A stretch of DNA of 58,642 bases, from contig CAZUHG010000001.1 in NCBI GenBank assembly GCA_964620515.1, forward strand, positions 1 through 58,642, read 5' to 3'. Under the pieces are notes generated by a model. The model made no database searches. It was not told the origin of the DNA and saw nothing but the letters and a program-made list of their open reading frames with translations. Positions 16,303 to 25,622 of this stretch are shown here, one piece after another (positions within the stretch are counted from its first letter, which is position 1; each line of letters begins with the position of its first letter). The translations under genes were made by a program, and so were the position numbers. The DNA comes from an uncultured Candidatus Bathyarchaeia archaeon (lineage in GTDB: Archaea > Thermoproteota > Bathyarchaeia > Bathyarchaeales > Bathycorpusculaceae).

Positions 16303-19128
16303 CTACAGCGAGGTTACTTCCGCTTCTGGTTGGGCACCCTTTCCCAGTTTTTCTTTTTCTGGAGAAAGCCTCTTTTTCTTGTCTGCTTCAGGCGGCGGTT
16401 CTGGGTTTTTAGATTCAGGGCATTTTTCGCTGGGCATTTCCTCTTTGAGGTCAAGAACTCCTTTCACTGTGCCGTCGCTTAAATATTCAAGTTTGAAGCC
16501 CATCTTCTTTGTCAGGTTTAAGGCTCTCCGGTTGTCAGGAAGCATTATGGCGTAGACGGTTTCGACGCTCATCTCTTTGGCTATTTCAAGCACGTGATCC
16601 ACCACTTTGGTTCCCAAGCCTTGCCCTTGCCATTGGTCGCCGATTATGAAAGCAAGTTCCCCAGTTTTCCCGTCAGGCTCAATACTTAACCTTCCCACGC
16701 CCAAGATTCTTTTACGGCTTTCTTCACTGAGTTCCGCCACTATGGCGATTTCGCGGTCGTAGTCGATGTTGCAGTAGCGAACGCGCACCTCATGCGGAGT
16801 GTCCTTGAGCAACTGGAAGAACCTGTAGCGTATGGCCTCTTCAGAGAAGCTTTGGAACATTTCCAGCCACATGGGCTCGTCTTCAGGCTTTATGGGTCTT
16901 AACAGCACTTCCTGTCCGTTCTTAAGCTTCCACTGCGTCTCGTACTTCTTCGGGTACGGGCTTATCACCAAGTGCTCGTGAGGTTCAAACTTTTTGAAAA
17001 CCTTGCTCTTGTCAACTGTTATCCTTGCATCGAGAATGCAGGCTTCCTTCTCGTTTATCAGGAGAGGGTTTACGTCGATTTCCTTTATCTGCGGGAAGTC
17101 TACGAGCAACTGCGAGAACAGCACCATTGTTTCTTCTAGAAGCTTGAGGTTAACTGGCGGCACGTTTCTGTAGCCTTTCAGAAGCTGGTAGACTTTGGTT
17201 TCTTCCATCATTCTCCTGATAAGCGTAGTATTTAACGGCGGCAGCCCAATTGAGTAGTCTTTGAAGAGCTCGACGCCTACGCCGCCCATGCCGAAAAGGA
17301 TTACCGGACCGAACAGCGGGTCAGTTTTTCCCCCTATTATGATCTCGCAGCCTTTCCGGCTTATCATGGGCTGAACGGTGACGCCGAGTATCTGGGCTTT
17401 CGGGCTATGCTTTTTTGCCCGATGCATAATGATGTCAAATGCTTGTTTGACATCGGTGTCAGAGTTCAGGTCAAGCATTACGCCTCCAGTTTCGGTTTTG
17501 TGGGTTATCTGTGGAGAAAGAATTTTGAGAACCACAGGATAGCCAATCTGATGGGCGAAGGCAACAGCTTCTTCTGCGGTGGTGGCTACCTCAGTTTTTA
17601 CAACTGGAAAATCGTAGTAGTCTAGAACTCTTTTTGCTTCGTCTTCAGTCAACAGTTCACGTTCTTCCATCGCCGCGTTTCTAAGTATAGCCATTATCGG
17701 CCGTTTAGGTTGCGTAGCGTCTACTGGACGCTCCTCAGGCGTCTCGTAAAGGAGTTCAACGTTGCGCTGGTACTGGTACATGTACATGTACGTTTTAATC
17801 GCGTTTTCAGGTGTTGAGTAAGTTGGAATGTTGTTTGCGTTGAGGATGCTGTTTGCCTCTTGCACTGCACCGTAACCCATGAAACTGGTCAATATAGTCT
17901 TGTTCTGGTATGCTTTACTCCTAACGAGTTCTACGATGGTTTTGGCTACTTCAACCGCTTTTGAAACTGCTTGCTGAGTGAAGATGATAAGTACGCCGTC
18001 AATGTTCTCGTCGTTCAAGCAAGCTTCAACCGCAGTTTTATACTGTTCAGCCCCAGCGTCTCCGAGCACATCAATGGGGTTGCCTCTGCTCCAGAAAGGC
18101 GGTAGAACACTGTTAAGGGCATCCATGGTTTTTCGGCTTAGTTTAGCAAGTTTGCCGCCCTTCGCGATTAGGGCGTCGGTTGCCATGACTCCTGGACCAC
18201 CAGCGTTCGTGATCACCGCCAAGTTAGGTCCACGCGGCAACGGTTGAGTTCCTAAAACTTCAGCGGCGTTGAAGAGGTCTTCGATTTCTTCCACTCGGAC
18301 TATGCCAGCGCGTTTGAATGCTGCGTTGTAAATGGCGTCTTCGCCTGAAAGCGAGCCAGTGTGGGATGCGGCTGCTTTTGCGCTTTCGCTGAATTTGCCT
18401 GCTTTGACAACTATTATGGGTTTGGTTCGTGCGAAGTGTCTGGCGGCGCTCATGAATTTGCGTGCTTCTGTTATGCCTTCCACGTACATGAGTATGCTTT
18501 TGGTTTGGGGGTCAGTGCCGAAGTAGTCTATGAGGTCTCCGAAGTCCACATCGATCATGGAGCCTACTGAGACGAAGTTGCTGAAGCCTATGTTTTCATG
18601 TATCGCCCAATCCAAGATTGCTGAGCCTAAAGCGCCGCTTTGGGAGATGAAAGCTACTTTGCCAGGTTTCGGCATTTTATCCACGAATGTGGCGTTCAGG
18701 TTTATTCTGGGACGGATTATGCCTATGCAGTTTGGTCCGATTACTCTCATGCCGTACTTCTTTTTTACTTCCAGAATTTTTTCTTCTAGAGCTTTGCCTT
18801 CTGCGCCAGTTTCTTTGAAGCCTGCTGAAACGATTATCGCGCCTTTTACTCCTGCGTGTCCACATTCTTCCATTACGTCTGGAACAGTTTTTGCTGGTGT
18901 TGCAATCATGGCTAAGTCAACGGTTTCAGGAATCTGTTCCATTTTCTGGTAGGTTTTTATGCCGAGAACTTCTGGGTTACGTATGTTAACGAGGTAAATT
19001 TTTCCCGTGTAGCCTAACTCGGTGAAGTTTTTCACTATTGCGTATCCAACTGAGCCTTCCTTGTCGCTGGCACCGATTATGGCTACGCTTTTTGGGTTGA
19101 AAATCTTGTCAAGGTTTAAAGTAACCAT
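16303..19128 (-). CDS. bifunctional ADP-forming acetyl-CoA synthetase-like (alpha+beta fused) / GNAT N-acetyltransferase (Pat-like architecture)
   Basis: A CoA-binding N-terminus (KSVAIIGASDKEGSVGY), SQSGALG, a His loop (AASHTGSLSG), an ATP-grasp region, then a GNAT domain (FIIGDQWQGQGLGTKVVDHVLEIAKE). The tail is low-complexity and Pro/Lys/Glu-rich. The ATG at 19128 is preferred over the TTG at 19167. Confidence 0.85.
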   Translation of the reverse strand: MVTLNLDKIFNPKSVAIIGASDKEGSVGYAIVKNFTELGYTGKIYLVNIRNPEVLGIKTYQKMEQIPETVDLAMIATPAKTVPDVMEECGHAGVKGAIIVSAGFKETGAEGKALEEKILEVKKKYGMRVIGPNCIGIIRPRINLNATFVDKMPKPGKVAFISQSGALGSAILDWAIHENIGFSNFVSVGSMIDVDFGDLIDYFGTDPQTKSILMYVEGITEARKFMSAARHFARTKPIIVVKAGKFSESAKAAASHTGSLSGEDAIYNAAFKRAGIVRVEEIEDLFNAAEVLGTQPLPRGPNLAVITNAGGPGVMATDALIAKGGKLAKLSRKTMDALNSVLPPFWSRGNPIDVLGDAGAEQYKTAVEACLNDENIDGVLIIFTQQAVSKAVEVAKTIVELVRSKAYQNKTILTSFMGYGAVQEANSILNANNIPTYSTPENAIKTYMYMYQYQRNVELLYETPEERPVDATQPKRPIMAILRNAAMEERELLTEDEAKRVLDYYDFPVVKTEVATTAEEAVAFAHQIGYPVVLKILSPQITHKTETGGVMLDLNSDTDVKQAFDIIMHRAKKHSPKAQILGVTVQPMISRKGCEIIIGGKTDPLFGPVILFGMGGVGVELFKDYSIGLPPLNTTLIRRMMEETKVYQLLKGYRNVPPVNLKLLEETMVLFSQLLVDFPQIKEIDVNPLLINEKEACILDARITVDKSKVFKKFEPHEHLVISPYPKKYETQWKLKNGQEVLLRPIKPEDEPMWLEMFQSFSEEAIRYRFFQLLKDTPHEVRVRYCNIDYDREIAIVAELSEESRKRILGVGRLSIEPDGKTGELAFIIGDQWQGQGLGTKVVDHVLEIAKEMSVETVYAIMLPDNRRALNLTKKMGFKLEYLSDGTVKGVLDLKEEMPSEKCPESKNPEPPPEADKKKRLSPEKEKLGKGAQPEAEVTSL

Positions 19129-19291
19129 TGGGGTAACCTCTTCAGTTAAAGGGTCGTAGAGTTGCAAAATTAAAAGTTTATGTATTCTTCTTCACTTTTC
19201 CATCGAAAACTTGGGCTTAAACAGAAAAACTGTGGCATATCGAGTTTTCAAGTGTGGCTGGAACCTGCGTGAACTGATGCGCGATTTTTGT

Positions 19292-19311
19292 CTATAGCCC
19301 CCTATTTAAAG
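19292..19311 (+). promoter_or_regulatory. C-rich + TATA-like box preceding repeat copy B
   Basis: CTATAGCCCCCTATTTAAAG, immediately 5' of the 108-bp element. Confidence 0.3.
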
Positions 19312-19312
19312 C

Positions 19313-19420
19313 GCCTGTTTTCATCATGCTTTTGGTTGCGGAAAGCGCCAATAGTGGTCTCCCCTTATGGGTCTCTGCATGTTATTTCTGTTAGGCGGCA
19401 ATTATGATGGGTTTGGCGTT
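19313..19420 (+). repeat. 108-bp intergenic element, copy B
   Basis: It matches the reverse complement of 43477..43584 with a single mismatch (G at 19406 versus the partner base at 43491), by manual alignment. Identity ends abruptly at both ends. Confidence 0.9.
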
Positions 19421-19600
19421 AAGTTGCAGGCGAATTCAAATTTGGCTAAACAAGTGTCTCCAACAAAAAAGCCGAATGTCCAGAAGAATAGACCTGATAA
19501 TTCTATACTGAGTTAAGCAAAAAGCGATTTTCGTTTTTGGTCTAATAACGAGGTATTAAATATTGAAGCGAGAAGAGTTTATATAAGGAAGCGCAAAATC

Positions 19601-20710
19601 ATGGGTGAAGAGAATTTTGATGAAGACAGGCAACAAGCCGAGGTTTTTGATGCGCTGAGTCATCCAACGCGCATAATTATTCTGAAGGTTTTAAGTGAGG
19701 GTCCTTTGGGTTTTGCTGACTTGAAGAAGAAACTGGGCATTGAGAGTAGCGGGCACCTTCAACATCACATAAACAAGCTGAACGGGTTGATGAAAACGGA
19801 TAATTATGGAAAGTACACCTTGTCAGATCAAGGCAAGGATGCTCTGCACAGCGTTGAAACCATAGAAAGCGTAGCTGGATCTAAAACACACGAAAAAGAG
19901 AAGGCGCACACCTCTATGAGAAGTGTCGTTTTGAAGTCGGCGATAGTGGTTCTTGTTCTGCTCTTAGCTCTTAGTTTAACGCTTGCAGCGTTTGAGTATA
20001 ACAACGTATTGTCTTTGCAGAGTGAAATTAACCAACGCGACAACGTAATAATTGATCGTGACACACTAATTACTCAACTTGACACGGCGATTCATTTAGC
20101 AGAGTCAAGACTAAACCTGAAACCGCCAAGTGAAAATCAATACCTAACAACACTTCCAGACCAGAACGATGAAGAGACAGCCACAAAAATTTTCTCAAGT
20201 TCCACGGCTGCAGGCTACCACTATTTGCCCGCTTACCCGTTTAAAGCTCCACTTAACGGCAGTTCCCTAAGAGCATTTGAACTGACTGAAAACAGGTCTA
20301 TTGTGCTGTCATTTTGGGGATGGACGTTCGATGCTGGAGGACTGATGACGGGAAGCTACGAGTACGGAATCTGGACTGGAGAACCAGTTCTGATTATCGC
20401 AGTCACAATTAGAAACGATTACACATCTGCGGACCTTGACGCGCCCCTTGGCAACAGAACAGGCAGCTATGTTTCATCCATCAATTTGGCTGTAAGGCTC
20501 TATAGTCGCAACGGCAGCATTATCCAAACTTTAGAACCAGAGATTACTCGAGCGAATACAGCAAGTTCTCGGACAGCAATTGGAGGTGCCCCGTTCCTTT
20601 TGGGCAGTGGTCAAACGAAACAAGTCATATTTTACCTGTCGCCTTCTGCCACAGACATTGACATTGTTGACCACTACAAAATTTATGTCTCGTCCATATC
20701 AGCTTATTGA
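19601..20710 (+). CDS. membrane-tethered winged-helix (ArsR-type) transcription regulator with a large extracytoplasmic domain
   Basis: N-terminal FDALSHPTRIIILKVLSEGPLGFADLKKKLGIESSGHLQHHINKL, a single TM helix (VVLKSAIVVLVLLLALSLTLAAF), then about 230 aa of unassigned beta-rich sequence. Confidence 0.75.
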   Translation: MGEENFDEDRQQAEVFDALSHPTRIIILKVLSEGPLGFADLKKKLGIESSGHLQHHINKLNGLMKTDNYGKYTLSDQGKDALHSVETIESVAGSKTHEKEKAHTSMRSVVLKSAIVVLVLLLALSLTLAAFEYNNVLSLQSEINQRDNVIIDRDTLITQLDTAIHLAESRLNLKPPSENQYLTTLPDQNDEETATKIFSSSTAAGYHYLPAYPFKAPLNGSSLRAFELTENRSIVLSFWGWTFDAGGLMTGSYEYGIWTGEPVLIIAVTIRNDYTSADLDAPLGNRTGSYVSSINLAVRLYSRNGSIIQTLEPEITRANTASSRTAIGGAPFLLGSGQTKQVIFYLSPSATDIDIVDHYKIYVSSISAY

Positions 20711-20736
20711 AGCTATAATTTGAACCATAGAGCGTA

Positions 20737-22731
20737 CTAGTAGATCACTCTGATGATCCAAGCATTATCTTCATTAAATGCAAGCTCGTAATGAGGACTT
20801 TGCAGGAATAGAGTTGTATTATAATTGTTTCTCCATTCTGCAACTTGAGCGCTATAGGCAGCGCTGAGATATATGTATGAGACATTGTATTTCTGTAAAA
20901 TAGCCAGAGCCTCTGCTGAGTTAGGATCGTTTGTGATGATAAGGCTTTCATCTTGCCTTGTAAACATAATATCTGTCCACCCAATTTCGGATATGCTTAA
21001 TAATGGCATAAGAATGCGTCTGTGGCTGACTGTAGGTATCCAAATACTTCGAGTTCCAATCCAATGGTCATTAAAGATTACAACATCTTCTGGCGTGTTG
21101 TTTGAAAGCCACATCATTGCATTATAATCAGCGGTAGGCATTCGTTCCAGTTGAAGACCGTTCAAGTCCCTGTTAATTTCAGAATTCCCTAATACCGTCG
21201 TTGCTCCCAGAATAGCTGTGAATAAAAGAAGAAATGCAATAAGTATGAAGTGTGCTTTGGTTTTGATAACTTTACGTGAAGAATTTTGAAGGCGTTTTTT
21301 CAAGAAGTCATAAGCTTTAACAAAACCAAGTCCCGCTAGAACAGCCAGAGGCAATGATAACGTGGGATGGAGAAAGGACCCTGCTTGAAGATAATACCAA
21401 CCTGGAAATTGAATTTTGACTATTTCATTTAACATTAAGAGGAATATGCTGAGAAACCATGCTAGAAGAAAGCTACCCCTTCTCCTCCTAATGAAAATAG
21501 TGAGCAAAACGGCAATACCGAAAAGAAGCAGCAAGTAGCCATAATATACAAAGTTTGTTAAGCCCATTTCGTTTTGAAGTGAATACCTACTAAACCATAA
21601 TACAAGCGCTTCATATTCCCTTGTTGGAACCTGCGTCATTAGCCTATTTAAGATATTTAAAACCCAAGGTAACGAGAATACAAGTCCCGTACTAATGATT
21701 GCTACGGCTCCAAAAAGACTTTCTTTTCTATGCTTGGAAAAGATCAAGCCAAATAAAAAGAACAGAATAACAAAAAATGCGGCAGTGATGAATGCGACAC
21801 TGTAGACTATGAATAAACTTGCTAATGTAATGCCTGCTAGTAATAGCAGTTTACGTTTTCCAGTAATTGAATAAAGATATGAAAAAAGTATCAGATTCAA
21901 AGTTAATGCCACCCCAACAAGTGCTGGAATTCTACCGTTGTTTATCATTTGATAGAAACCACCTGAGAGCACAGCGGAGAAAGCTGCTGAGCAAAGTGCA
22001 ATTCTATTGTCATTAAACACTTTACGTGTGAGGACAAATATTTGGCCGTGTACTACAGCGAAGAATGTTGAAAAAAGAGTTATAAGAACTGTCATGGTGC
22101 ATAAGGGGTCTATGAGAGAGAGGAAAGCTAGAACTGAAGGGTATCCTGGCGGATAGGTGAAGGATGATTGTTCGGGAAAGTATGGTGCCCACGATTGGGG
22201 AATTTTACCCTGCTGAGTGATCATAGTCGCGACCAAAGCTGGGGAAGCTGGGTCATCGCCAATAGGAAGTAAAATTCCATTCGTTGGGAATGGAATCGAT
22301 ATCAGAACAATTGAAATAACAATGAAAAGCATCAGGACAAAAAATGTAGATGGCGCGATAGATGACTTGAAACTTGTTTTCTTCAGTCCACCTCGTTTCC
22401 ACGAATATGCTAGCAAAGGAACCGATAGCAAAAGCACAGACATGATGACTGTTAGTTCATTTATTGGTACATTTAATAAGGATAAATAAAGCGTCATCAA
22501 CGATACGAACGCTATTCCAATTATGGGGGATAGAATTAGTTTTTCTAAGAAGTCAAATTCTTCTGACGTTGTCACTTGTAGAATTGAGAAACCGGGCAGA
22601 AATAAAACGAATAAGACCGTGCCTGTGAGCGATAGAGCATACACACCTCCAACTAGAAATAAAACAACTATTAGAAAAATACCAACAGCTATAGGTGTAA
22701 ACTTTGGAATTTGCTGATTCCGAAGATGCAT
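20737..22731 (-). CDS. large polytopic membrane protein, possibly a GT-C-fold glycosyltransferase (PMT/ArnT/STT3-like)
   Basis: More than 12 predicted TM helices followed by a soluble C-terminal domain of about 150 aa (..KYNVSYIYLSAAY..). No WWDYG motif was seen. The ORF-track start is a GTG at 22791; the ATG at 22731 (MHLRNQQIPKF) is preferred. Confidence 0.5.
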   Translation of the reverse strand: MHLRNQQIPKFTPIAVGIFLIVVLFLVGGVYALSLTGTVLFVLFLPGFSILQVTTSEEFDFLEKLILSPIIGIAFVSLMTLYLSLLNVPINELTVIMSVLLLSVPLLAYSWKRGGLKKTSFKSSIAPSTFFVLMLFIVISIVLISIPFPTNGILLPIGDDPASPALVATMITQQGKIPQSWAPYFPEQSSFTYPPGYPSVLAFLSLIDPLCTMTVLITLFSTFFAVVHGQIFVLTRKVFNDNRIALCSAAFSAVLSGGFYQMINNGRIPALVGVALTLNLILFSYLYSITGKRKLLLLAGITLASLFIVYSVAFITAAFFVILFFLFGLIFSKHRKESLFGAVAIISTGLVFSLPWVLNILNRLMTQVPTREYEALVLWFSRYSLQNEMGLTNFVYYGYLLLLFGIAVLLTIFIRRRRGSFLLAWFLSIFLLMLNEIVKIQFPGWYYLQAGSFLHPTLSLPLAVLAGLGFVKAYDFLKKRLQNSSRKVIKTKAHFILIAFLLLFTAILGATTVLGNSEINRDLNGLQLERMPTADYNAMMWLSNNTPEDVVIFNDHWIGTRSIWIPTVSHRRILMPLLSISEIGWTDIMFTRQDESLIITNDPNSAEALAILQKYNVSYIYLSAAYSAQVAEWRNNYNTTLFLQSPHYELAFNEDNAWIIRVIY

Positions 22732-23015
22732 CGAGAGTGCCTCTACGCCTTCTACCGTGAATAATTTACATTCTACAAGAGCAGTTAACACTTAAATTTT
22801 TCCCAAGTGTTACCAATGCTATCCGATTTGTGTGTATTCGTTAAACCTGGTAGGGCGCGCGCGAACTTGCCAACGGTTATGGGAGAGAAATAGTCTGTGT
22901 TTTGCCATTCTTAATTCGGTGTATTGTAGATGGCAACCTTTTAATTCCGTAGCCGCAATAGCCTAAAAACGAGTTAACCAACATAGAACAAAAAATTCTA
23001 AGAGGAGACAAATGT

Positions 23016-23696
23016 ATGATAGTTTTTGAAAAACCTGGACCCGTAAACACCAAGGAAGTGGTGGAGATTTGCAAGGCTGCTTCTTCGAGGGCGGATTACG
23101 TGGTTGTGGCGTCTGTCACTGGTGATAGCGCCTTAAAAGTTGCTGAGAAAATTAAAAACCGAAAAATAGTTTGCGTCACTTGTCCGCAGGGCATGTATTG
23201 GCAAGTGAACGAGATGCAGGGTGGCTTGTTTGAGGAAATTCCTGAACTGGCAACGAGACGGGATGAATTTCTGAAGAAAGGACTTGAAAGGGTGCCGATG
23301 AACGTCACCGAAGAAAATTGCCTAAAGCTGAACGAACTTGGCGTCGAAATTGTGCGGGGGACCATCCCGCTCTTTGGACCCACCTTCTCCATGAGGCTGC
23401 ACCTGCACAAAACCACTTCGCTGGACGTTATCGCGAAAACGCTGGAGCTAATCTCCACGGGAACGCTGGTGTGCTTAGAAAGCGTTTTAATGGCAACCGA
23501 CGCCGGAGCAATTCCCGAAGACAAACGCGTCCTCGCTTGCGCGGGAACCGAAATGGGACTCGACACCGCGTGGATCATGCGAAGTTGCGCCTCTGCAAAC
23601 ATGTTTCACCCCTTCAAAGGCTTCAGATTCATAGAATTACTGGCAAAGCCCGGCGTTGCACTGGTTCCAAACCTAAACGTAAGATACATACGATAA
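23016..23696 (+). CDS. pyruvate kinase C-terminal (alpha/beta) domain-like protein
   Basis: NTKEVVEICKAASSRADYVVVASVTGDSALKVAEKIKNRKIVCVT matches the PK_C-type pattern. The assignment is from memory of that pattern only. Confidence 0.5.
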   Translation: MIVFEKPGPVNTKEVVEICKAASSRADYVVVASVTGDSALKVAEKIKNRKIVCVTCPQGMYWQVNEMQGGLFEEIPELATRRDEFLKKGLERVPMNVTEENCLKLNELGVEIVRGTIPLFGPTFSMRLHLHKTTSLDVIAKTLELISTGTLVCLESVLMATDAGAIPEDKRVLACAGTEMGLDTAWIMRSCASANMFHPFKGFRFIELLAKPGVALVPNLNVRYIR

Positions 23697-23776
23697 TGTC
23701 AACGGCACCATTACAGAATAAAACGGACAAACTTTCAAGGCAACCTTTTAATCTAAACTCGGCACTTACCTAAAGG

Positions 23777-25546
23777 TTGGTAAAATTGAACAACGAAGCA
23801 AAATGCGACAAATTCACAGCAGTTAACGAGTTAGCCCGACGAAGAGGCTTCTTTTGGCAGTCGTACGAGATTTACGGCGGCGTAGGCGGCTTCGTAACCT
23901 ACGGACCCCTAGGCGCGAAGCTAAAGCAAAACATCGAAGCCAAACTCCGCGAACTTTTCGTCACTAAACTGGGCGTTCTCGAAATAGAGTCATCCGTAAT
24001 CACGCCATGCAGAGTCTTCGAAGCGTCAGGTCACGTTAACCACTTCAAGGAGCCCATGGTTGAATGCTCCAAGTGCAACAAGCGGTTCCGCGCAGACCAT
24101 TTACTTGAGGAATACGCGAAATTAAGTTCCACTGAAGCTGAACAAATGAGCCTAGAAGAGATTCAAGCGGCAATCGAGAAAAACGCGATTACTTGCCCTG
24201 AATGCGGCGGTACTTTCGACCCACCGCAGCAGTTCTTAACAATGTTCGAAACCACGATAGGACCATACTCGGGCGCCACGGGCTACGGCAGACCCGAAGC
24301 CGCACAAGGCATATTCGTCGAATTCAACCGTCTCTACGCGGCGGCACGCGAGAAACTTCCCTTCGGCGTCATCCAGATAGGACACGCTCTAAGAAACGAA
24401 ATCTCGCCGAGACAAGGCTTAATTCGCCTCCGCGAGTTCACCATCGCCGACTTGGAATTCTTCTTCGACCCCGAAGAGCCAGATTGCAACTTGCTGAAAG
24501 ACGTAGAAAAAGAAACTCTGCGGTTGTACCTCGCTCCAGAAAGGCAAGCAGGCACTGAAAAAATAATTGAAGTAACCGTCAAAGACGCCGTGGCAAAAAA
24601 GATAATCCGCTCCGAGTGGCAAGCCTTCTTCATGGTAATGGCGAAAAAGCTCCTAACGGAAATCGGTGTGCCCGCGGAAAACCAGCGCTTCATCGAGAAA
24701 CTCCCATGGGAAAAAGCCCACTACGCCACACAATGCTTTGATCAGGAAGTGTACGTTGACCGCTGGGGCTGGATAGAAGTCTCAGGACACGCCTACCGCA
24801 CCGATTACGACTTAAGCTGCCACATGAAAGCCAGCGGCACAGACTTCCGCGTCTACAAAGAATACCCAACACCCATAGAGGAAGAACAGCTTGTTGCGAA
24901 GCCCATAATGGCAAAGCTTGGACCCGCGTTCAAAGGGAAAGCAGCAAAAGTCGCAGCACTCCTCACAGAAGCGCCCGCGGACACAATTGCAGCCGCACTC
25001 GAAAAAAACGGCTACTACATGGTTGAAAACTGCAAGATTTTGCCAGAGCACGTAGACATCAGCCTTCAAAAAACTGTTGTTCGAGGCAAACGTTTCATCC
25101 CGCACGTTGTCGAACCCAGCTTCGGCTCCGACCGCCTATTCTATGTAGCACTGGAATACGCTTACCGCGTGAAGAACGACCGTGTCCTAATGAGCTTCCC
25201 TCGAGGCATCGCACCGACGCAGATGGGCGTTTACCCGCTGGTAAGCAAGGATGGCATAGCAGAAAAAGCGCGGGAAGTCCATCAGCAGCTCTTAAACGAA
25301 GGCTTCGCAGCGGAATTTGACGAAACAGGCAGCATAGGCAGAAGATATGCTCGCGCTGACGAAGCAGGCGTGCCCTTAGGCATAACAGTAGACTACGACA
25401 CGCTGAAAGATGTCACGGTTACCATCCGCGACCGCGACTCGTGGCAGCAAGTCCGCACCGCAATCAAGGACTTACCTGAACTCTTGCACAAGTATTTCCA
25501 AGGAAAACTAAACTTTGAAGATTTAGGCACTTTACTTTCGGTTTAA
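23777..25546 (+). CDS. glyS: glycine--tRNA ligase (archaeal/eukaryotic alpha2 type)
   Basis: RRGFFWQSYEIYGGVGGFVTYGPLGAKLKQNI, a Zn-ribbon-like CSKC..CPEC insertion, FRNEISPRQGLIRLREF, SFGSDR, and an anticodon-binding C-terminus. The start codon is TTG. Confidence 0.93.
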   Translation: MVKLNNEAKCDKFTAVNELARRRGFFWQSYEIYGGVGGFVTYGPLGAKLKQNIEAKLRELFVTKLGVLEIESSVITPCRVFEASGHVNHFKEPMVECSKCNKRFRADHLLEEYAKLSSTEAEQMSLEEIQAAIEKNAITCPECGGTFDPPQQFLTMFETTIGPYSGATGYGRPEAAQGIFVEFNRLYAAAREKLPFGVIQIGHALRNEISPRQGLIRLREFTIADLEFFFDPEEPDCNLLKDVEKETLRLYLAPERQAGTEKIIEVTVKDAVAKKIIRSEWQAFFMVMAKKLLTEIGVPAENQRFIEKLPWEKAHYATQCFDQEVYVDRWGWIEVSGHAYRTDYDLSCHMKASGTDFRVYKEYPTPIEEEQLVAKPIMAKLGPAFKGKAAKVAALLTEAPADTIAAALEKNGYYMVENCKILPEHVDISLQKTVVRGKRFIPHVVEPSFGSDRLFYVALEYAYRVKNDRVLMSFPRGIAPTQMGVYPLVSKDGIAEKAREVHQQLLNEGFAAEFDETGSIGRRYARADEAGVPLGITVDYDTLKDVTVTIRDRDSWQQVRTAIKDLPELLHKYFQGKLNFEDLGTLLSV

Positions 25547-25622
25547 GTCGTTAGCTTTTTTAATACACTTGCAATACTACATGTTAGAACGATCAGCGAT
25601 TTAATGAGGGGCGAAAACAAGT

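Noticed and set aside
19313-19420. C/D-box sRNA interpretation of the 108-bp element (ATGATG motifs near both ends).
   Set aside because: The RUGAUGA-like motif is imperfect (UAUGAUGG). It is disrupted in copy C (UAUUAUGG) and absent in copy A. No correctly spaced CUGA D box was found, and 108 nt is about twice the usual archaeal C/D sRNA length.
23096-23773. 168-aa minus-strand and 151-aa plus-strand alternative-frame ORFs overlapping 23016..23696.
   Set aside because: The Arg/Ser-rich and Ser/Thr-rich translations are typical of off-frame reading. The 23016 frame gives a coherent PK_C-like alpha/beta pattern.
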